NCBI GenBank assembly: GCA_050633305.1
Contig: JBOEGF010000039.1
Location: 1-39,935, forward strand
Origin: Nannocystales bacterium
Lineage (GTDB): Bacteria; Myxococcota_A; Polyangia; Nannocystales; Nannocystaceae
Length of the DNA stretch: 39,935 nt
Direction: 5' to 3'
Below the pieces are notes generated by a model. The model was not told where the DNA came from and ran no database searches. It worked only from the letters and a program-made list of their open reading frames with translations. This document shows positions 27,463-33,741 of this stretch, in pieces (the first letter of the stretch is position 1; each line of letters opens with the position of its first letter). Both the position numbers and the translations under genes were made by a program.

Positions 27463-28686
27463 TTAGCTCAGCAGGAACAGGTCGCGGGGTTCCGACGCGG
27501 TGATGGGGAGGCGTTCGAGGTGGGTGAATGCGTGGCGCAACAGGTCCACGCTGTTGGACTCCCGGATGTGTCCCAACGCTCGGAGCAGTGATTTGGGCGC
27601 GGTGTCGTGTCGGTGCGCGCTCGCGACCTGGTCGACGAGCTTGGAGAACGAGTCACGGACGATCCCGCGGCGGGAGATTTCCGGCCAAGGGTCTTCGCCC
27701 AGAGCGTTGAAGTTCGTGAAACGAAAATCGAGGGGGCCGTCGTTGGGCGCCCGCCAAGACGAGTTCCCGAGCTCATCACGCATACGCCGCCGAGAGGAAG
27801 CGTCGTGCTTGATCTTCTCCCAGAGTCGCTGGCCTAGCTCGTCCAGGAGCTCGCGCTTCCACGGCGCGTCGATGGGGACCGGGGCTTGGAGTCGCTCGGC
27901 CGTGACATGGTCGTGCAGGCCGCCGAGGTGGCGCAGCCACATTCGTGTGTATCGACGCTGAAGCTGTCCGTAGCTCAGTTCGTGTCGGAGCCACCGAAGC
28001 ATTCTCGGGCTGCGCCGCAGATTCGCGACCTCGAATCCAGGAAAGCGACCGGTGCAGTAGAACTCCGCGATCGACGTGAAGAACGCGGGATCCTGGACGG
28101 CGAATTCGGGGTTGAAACGTCGGTACTCGGGAGCGTGGCTCTCCCTGTAGGAGACCGTCAGCGACTGAATGATGGAGCCGAGATCGAACATCTCGGTGAT
28201 GTCGACGCAGGACAGGTACCAATAATCCAGGCCGACGGTCGCGGCCGCCTCGGTTGTCAATTGCACGAAGGCGAGGTCCTCGATCGTTGTCTCGTCGATC
28301 GTTGTTGTCCCAATTCCAAGGGATGGCACGATGTTTGCGATCTCCTGGAGCGACCACGCATGAAGATAGTCGTGTGCCGCGAAAAGGACCTCGTAGATGA
28401 GTCGGTCGCCTTCGTTGGCTTCTCGAAGGCAGATGGAAGGGTCGTCTAGCCATTGCGCCAACGCCGAGTTTCGGGGCATGTAGATCTCCGGGCGGTAGAG
28501 ATTCCAGCCTCCGAGAGCCTGGGGGATGGCACTGGAGTAGAACCACGACGCTTCGGCCCCACGCTGCACCATCGTGACTCCCGGGTCGTCCAACAGCTGC
28601 CGGATCGGCAAAACTTGGGTGAGCTCCGGGGGCGAGGGGAGGGGGCCAGTGGCGATTGCGGCTGTAGCGATTGCGGACATAGACAT
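27463..28686 (-). CDS. Uncharacterised putative metalloenzyme with HDxxH...ExxA zincin-like motif (candidate RiPP maturase)
   Basis: AAHDYLHAW, then TEAAAT about 37 aa later; lies between the precursor and the SelO-like gene; start 28686 or 28680 preferred because GTG 28716 lies inside a hairpin. Confidence 0.65.
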   Translation of the reverse strand: MSMSAIATAAIATGPLPSPPELTQVLPIRQLLDDPGVTMVQRGAEASWFYSSAIPQALGGWNLYRPEIYMPRNSALAQWLDDPSICLREANEGDRLIYEVLFAAHDYLHAWSLQEIANIVPSLGIGTTTIDETTIEDLAFVQLTTEAAATVGLDYWYLSCVDITEMFDLGSIIQSLTVSYRESHAPEYRRFNPEFAVQDPAFFTSIAEFYCTGRFPGFEVANLRRSPRMLRWLRHELSYGQLQRRYTRMWLRHLGGLHDHVTAERLQAPVPIDAPWKRELLDELGQRLWEKIKHDASSRRRMRDELGNSSWRAPNDGPLDFRFTNFNALGEDPWPEISRRGIVRDSFSKLVDQVASAHRHDTAPKSLLRALGHIRESNSVDLLRHAFTHLERLPITASEPRDLFLLS

Positions 28687-28689
28687 GAG

Positions 28690-28723
28690 AAACAACCGGG
28701 CCGTGCGGGCGGGCACGGCCCGG
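28690..28723 (-). terminator. Stem-loop plus short U-tract directly after the precursor gene (leaky terminator or mRNA stabiliser)
   Basis: Perfect 11-bp inverted repeat CCGGGCCGTGC-N6-GCACGGCCCGG (28696-28723) followed by TTGTTT on the minus strand. Confidence 0.75.
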
Positions 28724-28740
28724 AGACTGGGCCGGAAGAA

Positions 28741-28959
28741 CTACGGGATGACGGGCAGGACTCCCGGGAGTCCGCCGATGCCGATGATCCCGTCGCCTTT
28801 GATCGTTCCACCGGAGTTCTCGTACTCTTCGCCTTCGTCTCCGCGAACTTTGGCCTTGGCCTTGCCTTTGCTGCCTAGACCGTCCTCGGCACCACCGCCG
28901 CATCGCACCGATGCGAGGTCTTCAATGGTCAGTTCGGGAAGTGCTTCTTTCTTGCTCAT
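28741..28959 (-). CDS. RiPP/bacteriocin precursor peptide with double-glycine-type leader
   Basis: MSKKEALPELTIEDLASVRCGGG fits the ELsxeeLxxVxGG leader pattern; AAAGGA RBS; same strand as, and upstream of, the PCAT. Confidence 0.85.
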   Translation of the reverse strand: MSKKEALPELTIEDLASVRCGGGAEDGLGSKGKAKAKVRGDEGEEYENSGGTIKGDGIIGIGGLPGVLPVIP

Positions 28960-28985
28960 CGTATTCGTTCCTTTGTTTGGGGGGG

Positions 28986-29008
28986 CGTAGCGCCACGGCG
29001 GTGCTACG
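28986..29008 (-). promoter_or_regulatory. Stem-loop in the putative 5' UTR of the precursor
   Basis: CGTAGCGCC-acggc-GGTGCTACG, 9-bp arms with one mismatch. Confidence 0.5.
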
Positions 29009-29012
29009 GTTG

Positions 29013-29642
29013 TTAGGTGAGAGTTCGATTCGTCTTGAACGGATCACGTGCTTTTGATCTTTTTTCGGAGATGCCTTCCACGTCTTCTTCGGCCGGGTAG
29101 TAGAAGACGGAGACCGCGTAGCGGACGGACGCTGCGTCGCGGTGGGGGGCGCCAGCGCGGTGTGCGATGTTTGAATGAAACATCGCGAGTCGTCCCGGCC
29201 TCGGCGACACGATGGCGGTCGCGTCTCCTGCGTTGTCGTAGAAGACGGTCTCGCCCTGCCAGTCGCGACGCCAAAACGTATTCGCGTAGTAGAGAAACGT
29301 GACCGCATCTGGCGATTCGAGGTCGCGGTGGATCTCCGGGTGTTGCTGCGAGGACATCGCCGCGGCGTAGACATGGGACATGGTCGTCGTATCCGGGATC
29401 ACGAGCGCGGCACGGTGCTCAGCAACGAGCGCTTCGAGGACGGGGTAGAGAAACGGCGCCCGCCGGAACGCGTCTTCGTCGATGTTCGCGTTCAGTTCAC
29501 CGTCGAACGAGGCGCGGCGGGTGTAGTCGAGTTGGGTGACGACGTGGCCGAAATTGCGAACCTGGGCGTCCGAGAACAGATCGTCGAAGACGAGGAGCGA
29601 CCGACCGTCGATATTCGTGACTCGCGAAGGCTGGCTGGACAT
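29013..29642 (-). CDS. 2OG-Fe(II) oxygenase (prolyl-hydroxylase-like subtype)
   Basis: HRD...TFLYYANTFWRRDWQGETVFY...PRPGRLAMFHSNIAH...VRYAVSVF gives the HxD...H triad and 2OG-binding Arg. Confidence 0.9.
   Translation of the reverse strand: MSSQPSRVTNIDGRSLLVFDDLFSDAQVRNFGHVVTQLDYTRRASFDGELNANIDEDAFRRAPFLYPVLEALVAEHRAALVIPDTTTMSHVYAAAMSSQQHPEIHRDLESPDAVTFLYYANTFWRRDWQGETVFYDNAGDATAIVSPRPGRLAMFHSNIAHRAGAPHRDAASVRYAVSVFYYPAEEDVEGISEKRSKARDPFKTNRTLT
29020..29048 (-). promoter_or_regulatory. Putative ECF-type promoter, copy 3 (precursor gene)
   Basis: CGTGATCCG-ttcaagacgaatcga-ACTCT, inside the 3' end of the oxygenase gene. Confidence 0.7.
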
Positions 29643-29656
29643 AGGTGTTCTCAGAG

Positions 29657-29685
29657 AGAGTCTCTCCGGGTAGCGACGGATCACG
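29657..29685 (-). promoter_or_regulatory. Putative ECF-type promoter, copy 2 (oxygenase)
   Basis: CGTGATCCG-tcgctacccggagag-ACTCT, 14 nt before ATG 29642. Confidence 0.7.
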
Positions 29686-29966
29686 GGAACGTGCGCCGTG
29701 ACTGGGATGAGACGGGATCATGAAATGCATTCGCGATGACGCGGCGGCGAATGACACTGCGGATCGGGCGATCGCGCCTCGACGCTCCCCCGGCCTGGTG
29801 TTCACCCAGGCTCTCTATCCAAGCTGGGTGCTCTCCGCTCGCGCGGCGGAACCAACGACAAGACCGCCACAGCGCGGCTCTGTGGCGAATCGGCCTGTTT
29901 GTTGCTCCTGTTCGGCCGACAGAGGGCTCCTACGATGTGGGCACCCCGGTCAGGCTCGACGACGCG

Positions 29967-30212
29967 CTACCGTCCCAGAACAAACCCGACGATGCCCAGC
30001 ACGGCACCGAGGAGCCCCGCGTAGGTGAGGCCTCGTCGCTGGATCGCGACGCTGAGGAGGCCGGCCAATACGGCGGGGCTTGTGTACATCATCATCATTT
30101 CGTAGCCCGCGCGACGCCCATGGATCCCACCGACGGCAACAGCGGTGATGCCAGCAGCGAGCGCAATGATGGCGAGAATGCTGGCAAACGGGTTGTTCTT
30201 CTTCTCGGTCAT
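29967..30212 (-). CDS. Small hydrophobic membrane protein (about 3 TM), candidate immunity/accessory protein
   Basis: 81 aa with three hydrophobic segments; shares the upstream motif with the RiPP genes. Confidence 0.65.
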   Translation of the reverse strand: MTEKKNNPFASILAIIALAAGITAVAVGGIHGRRAGYEMMMMYTSPAVLAGLLSVAIQRRGLTYAGLLGAVLGIVGFVLGR

Positions 30213-30228
30213 GGGTTCCCAGCTGAGT

Positions 30229-30257
30229 AGAGTCTGGAGGGCGCGGATCGGATCACG
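30229..30257 (-). promoter_or_regulatory. Putative ECF-type promoter, copy 1 (small membrane protein)
   Basis: CGTGATCCG-atccgcgccctccag-ACTCT, 16 nt before ATG 30212. Confidence 0.7.
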
Positions 30258-30357
30258 TTTTTCTTGCCCGATTCCAGCGCTCGGACCGATGCGGGGGCCG
30301 GGGAGCGACGTCGAACGTTCCGGGACTCACACGCCTGTGGCGAGCGGACGCGTCGTC

Positions 30358-31224
30358 CTACGACTCGACCCTTCGAATCAACAGCTGAAAGAAGAGGTCC
30401 GAGGAACCGAACTCGACCGATGCCGACCCGAGATCGATGGCGAGCGAGGTGTTGTCATCATCGGGCAGCACCCCACGCTGGCCGCCAAAGAGCACGAGGG
30501 AGTCGTCGGAGTCGGAGAACTCGACGGAGACCCTTTCCGAGCCCTCGCTTGCGCATGCTTCCGGGTCAACGACGGTCGATAGTGGATCCAGGGCACCATT
30601 GATGTTCCAGAACTCGCTCGAACTCAGGGTTGGAGTGTTCAGCGCGACCAGCAACAGGGTGTCGTCCATCGCTCGCAGTTCCAGCGCTGCGTAGTTCACC
30701 CCGTCTGTCTCGGCTTGGAGTCGCATCGTCACCGCTTGCGAAGGCTCCCAAACGACCTCACCGGCGTCGGTCGGGGCGATCAGAATCGAGCCTTGGAACT
30801 CCCCTGCTGCGCTGGTGCAGTCCAAGACGGTGTTGAGGCCCGTTCCGCCCGACTCGATATCGACGACGGAGCAAGGGACCTCGCTGTCGAACCCGAGCCA
30901 GTTTGGGTCCGCGTACTCCTGCCATGCGGCAAAGTCATAGGAGAACGCTGCATCCGCAACCGGGTCTGCCGTACAGACACGGGTCCCCGAACCGGTCTCG
31001 GTTCCCGAAACGGTCTCAGTTCCCGAACCGGTCTCAGTTCCCGAACCGGTCTCAGTTCCCGAACCGGTCTGGGTCTCGGACGTGCCCACGCTGGTCGTCG
31101 CGGCACTCGACGTCGTTGGCGCAGAGGTGTCTGTCTCGGGGCTTCCGCCCACGGGCTCGACTTGAAGACAGCTCGATAGACCGAGCAACGCAGCGATGGA
31201 ACCAATCTCGGTGAGACGAAGCAT
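30358..31224 (-). CDS. Acidic lipoprotein with Gly/Ser/Thr-rich linker
   Basis: Signal MLRLTEIGSIAALLGLSSC; (GSGTET)n linker; acidic beta-rich domain with several Cys. Confidence 0.75.
   Translation of the reverse strand: MLRLTEIGSIAALLGLSSCLQVEPVGGSPETDTSAPTTSSAATTSVGTSETQTGSGTETGSGTETGSGTETVSGTETGSGTRVCTADPVADAAFSYDFAAWQEYADPNWLGFDSEVPCSVVDIESGGTGLNTVLDCTSAAGEFQGSILIAPTDAGEVVWEPSQAVTMRLQAETDGVNYAALELRAMDDTLLLVALNTPTLSSSEFWNINGALDPLSTVVDPEACASEGSERVSVEFSDSDDSLVLFGGQRGVLPDDDNTSLAIDLGSASVEFGSSDLFFQLLIRRVES
30983..31072 (-). repeat. 5 x 18-bp in-frame tandem repeat encoding ETGSGT
   Basis: Unit gttcccgaaccggtctca starting at 30983, 31001, 31019, 31037 and 31055. Confidence 0.92.
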
Positions 31225-31233
31225 CACAAACAA

Positions 31234-31262
31234 CTTCTCCGGGGTTGCGGGAATCCATCACG
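31234..31262 (-). promoter_or_regulatory. 29-bp motif upstream of the lipoprotein (putative promoter for the adjacent ECF)
   Basis: CGTGATGGATTCCCGCAACCCCGGAGAAG; 24/29 identical to 32503-32531. Confidence 0.65.
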
Positions 31263-32484
31263 GGGTCGCACATCTTTTTGGCGTGTTCCGCGAGATGCTG
31301 GAGCGCGGGAACCGATTGTGGAGCTCCCTCGCCGTCTCCTCGGCGGCCACGGATTGACCCGCAGCGCATTGCACCGCCACCAGGGCTGCGAGTCGGGCGT
31401 CACCAAGTTGCCCCTGTGGAAAACGACGGGCGTGCTCTTGGAGTTTCGCAAGGGCATCGGCGTGGGCGCCGACGTAGAGGAGGTCTTTCGCGGCATCGAG
31501 CAGGGCGACTTCCTCCGCGAGATTCGAGGTCCCGAGTCCGGTGCTGCCTGCTACCGTCGCGGGAACTGGCCGCGTCCCGGGGCTACGAGGTTCGGGAGGC
31601 ATCGATGAGTGTTTGCGGGAGGCGGCTTCGGAGCGCGTGGAACCCATGTCGCGCGGTACCACGGTGCTCGAGCCGAGCCCGGCCCGGTCCGCCTGCTGAG
31701 ATGGGACCGTGGGCGAACGGGGCGCAGGCAGTGTTGGTGAGGCCGGTGTCGTGGCTACGCCCGCGACGTGGACTTCTGGCCTGGGGTGGGCAGGACTGGG
31801 CTCGGTGCCGCTGAGGTAGCCGATCCCGACCACGGTGAGCGCGAGGGCTGGCACGGTGGCGAGCTTGAGCGCACCGGCGATCCCAGGGCTCAGCTTCGTT
31901 GTGGCAGTGCCAAGCAACGGAATCAGCGCCGCGCGGGTCCGGCGGGCTTGGCTTTGCGTCGGTTGCAAGGCGGCTTTGGTCGAGCCCAGTTGGTGGTCGA
32001 GCGCGGGTGAAGACCCGGCGAGCTTGGTCATCCGAGCGCGGGCCAACCTCAGCCTCGAGTACACAGTGTTCAGCGGGAGGCTGAGTTCAGCGGCGATCTC
32101 CGGGGAACTCATCCCAAGGAGCTCGGTCATCACAAACACGTCGCGCTGCGTGCCGTCGAGTCGTTCGAGCAACTTGTCCAGCACGAGCGCGGCCTCCGTG
32201 CGCGCGTGTGGTTGCGCGGCCGGGCGAGCAGCTGCGGCGAGGGTGGACCGTCGGCGAGCGACACGGGCAGCGGTCCTCCGATATCGAAAGGCTACGCGCC
32301 GCGTGACCCCGTACAACCATCCTCGCGGCGAGACCTCCCAATGCAGTTCGTCGATGCGGCGGTGCGCGGTGACGAAGACGTCTTGCACCACGTCCTCGAC
32401 GCTGTTCGCGGGAGCCCCGCAGCGTTGCGCTGCTGCCCAGACGAAGCGGAAGTTCTCTTTGTACAGCCGGTCGAATCGGCTCAT
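31258..32484 (-). CDS. ECF sigma factor fused to a TM helix, Pro-rich linker and C-terminal TPR-like helices
   Basis: EDVVQDVFV, RGWLYGVTRRV, LNTVYSRLRLAR; hydrophobic segment ALALTVVGIGYL; C-terminal LAEEVALLDAAK...HARRFPQGQL; GGGGAGG RBS. Confidence 0.88.
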   Translation of the reverse strand: MSRFDRLYKENFRFVWAAAQRCGAPANSVEDVVQDVFVTAHRRIDELHWEVSPRGWLYGVTRRVAFRYRRTAARVARRRSTLAAAARPAAQPHARTEAALVLDKLLERLDGTQRDVFVMTELLGMSSPEIAAELSLPLNTVYSRLRLARARMTKLAGSSPALDHQLGSTKAALQPTQSQARRTRAALIPLLGTATTKLSPGIAGALKLATVPALALTVVGIGYLSGTEPSPAHPRPEVHVAGVATTPASPTLPAPRSPTVPSQQADRAGLGSSTVVPRDMGSTRSEAASRKHSSMPPEPRSPGTRPVPATVAGSTGLGTSNLAEEVALLDAAKDLLYVGAHADALAKLQEHARRFPQGQLGDARLAALVAVQCAAGQSVAAEETARELHNRFPRSSISRNTPKRCATP

Positions 32485-33674
32485 GGTCGAGTCCTCCCCT
32501 TTCTTCTCCGGGGTTTCTTGGATCCGTCACGAGGCCCCCGGATTTTTCCCTCGACTCCGATCCAGACGCGGCCCGAGACGGGAGCAGGCTCGAAGAGCCC
32601 GATGGAGTCTCCGGGGTCGCGAAGCTCGAATGCCGTTCTGGTGAGGGGCGCGGCAACTTCGAGTCGGGCGCTCAGCGCCAACCGCGGCAGGATCCAACCG
32701 TGGACCCCTGTCGAGACGGTTGGCGCAACCCACAGTCCGTTCACGCTCCGCGGATTCGGCGCGCCAGATCCTTCGCCCCTCGATGCGCCGACGTCGAGCC
32801 CTGCGCACAGTGGGACCTCGGCGGGTCCGGAGAGGAATCGACCGCATCCCCGTACGACGGCCGCGCCGAGTTGAACCCGCACCGACGCGGCCCCTCGGCG
32901 GGCGGTCCGAGGAGCCGCATACCATCCGCCAGCTTCCAGACGCAGTCGTGGCAGGAGCACGCCGAAGACGAGCTGGGGCCCACCCGACAAGCGCGGCAGG
33001 GCCCCGAACTCGATCCCCGCCTGCAGCCCGACCGTGACCTCAGCAGCAGCGCGCGGGCGTGAAGATGGGGATAGGGATGGCGGCACACCGTCGTCATCCG
33101 ATGCAGAGCCCGTCTCGGGATCCGCGGGTCTGACAGCCTCCTCGGGGGCGAGCGCGGCGGGCAGTGGAACGGCAGGCACAGCGGTCGTCGCCGACGTTTC
33201 CTCGAGGGGGGTCGGCGGCCGCGGTTGCCGGGCGGCTCGGACCGACTGGGTCACCGCGAGTGGGTCGATGCTCAATGCAACAACCAGCGAAGCGGCATCG
33301 ACCAGCGCATCACACTGTGCTGCCACGATGGTGCGTTCGGCGGTCACACCATTCCGCGTCGTCTCGAGGGCCAGGATCAACCCATCGGATCCATGGTCTT
33401 CGATGATGCCGCGGACGCGGACATCGGACGCTTCGACCGCTCTTCCCAGTCGTCCCTCCGTCGCCCCCTGCATCTGCCGCGCGGTCTTGCAAGAATCCGG
33501 CGCTTGCCAGTCGAGCCACGACGGTGCCTCCGTCGAGGGACCAAGCCCGAGCAACGTCGCCAGTGAGTATCCGAGCGCGGCGCCGACGGGGGCCAAGGTA
33601 GGCAGCCTAACGTAGCTCTCGCGAGGTGTGGTCCGAGGTTCCGCTCGACGGTGCGCCTGGCCAGCACATCTCAT
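32481..33674 (-). CDS. Hypothetical exported protein with probable C-terminal beta-barrel (ECF-associated type)
   Basis: WQAPDSC...ERTIVAAQCDALVDAASLVVALSIDP N-domain, Pro-rich linker, alternating Gly/hydrophobic strands; ATGA overlap with sigma; start uncertain. Confidence 0.65.
   Translation of the reverse strand: MRCAGQAHRRAEPRTTPRESYVRLPTLAPVGAALGYSLATLLGLGPSTEAPSWLDWQAPDSCKTARQMQGATEGRLGRAVEASDVRVRGIIEDHGSDGLILALETTRNGVTAERTIVAAQCDALVDAASLVVALSIDPLAVTQSVRAARQPRPPTPLEETSATTAVPAVPLPAALAPEEAVRPADPETGSASDDDGVPPSLSPSSRPRAAAEVTVGLQAGIEFGALPRLSGGPQLVFGVLLPRLRLEAGGWYAAPRTARRGAASVRVQLGAAVVRGCGRFLSGPAEVPLCAGLDVGASRGEGSGAPNPRSVNGLWVAPTVSTGVHGWILPRLALSARLEVAAPLTRTAFELRDPGDSIGLFEPAPVSGRVWIGVEGKIRGPRDGSKKPRRRKGRTRP
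32503..32531 (-). promoter_or_regulatory. 29-bp motif upstream of the ECF sigma (putative autoregulatory promoter)
   Basis: CGTGACGGATCCAAGAAACCCCGGAGAAG, 18 nt before ATG 32484. Confidence 0.65.
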
Positions 33675-33741
33675 GACCTCCTCGCCATCGGGCCCAAATC
33701 CGTCGCGAGCCGGCGCGTCGAGGTTGTGAGATGTGCTCTAC

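Noticed and set aside
28687..28716. GTG start at 28716 for the HDxxH protein
   Set aside because: Lies within the perfect hairpin and has no RBS; downstream ATGs are more plausible
28741..28860. RGD tripeptide in the core as an integrin-binding motif
   Set aside because: A single tripeptide is easily due to chance; no supporting context
21970..29642. Assignment of the cluster to lanthipeptide, graspetide, lasso or sactipeptide classes
   Set aside because: No Cys in the core and no LanB/C/M, ATP-grasp, asparagine-synthetase-like or radical SAM motifs seen
29643..29684. GTG start at 29684 for the oxygenase
   Set aside because: Coincides with the conserved promoter-like motif; ATG 29642 preferred
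30983..31072. Regular repeat as a possible CRISPR array
   Set aside because: Head-to-tail 18-bp units with no spacers, in frame within a CDS, and no cas genes
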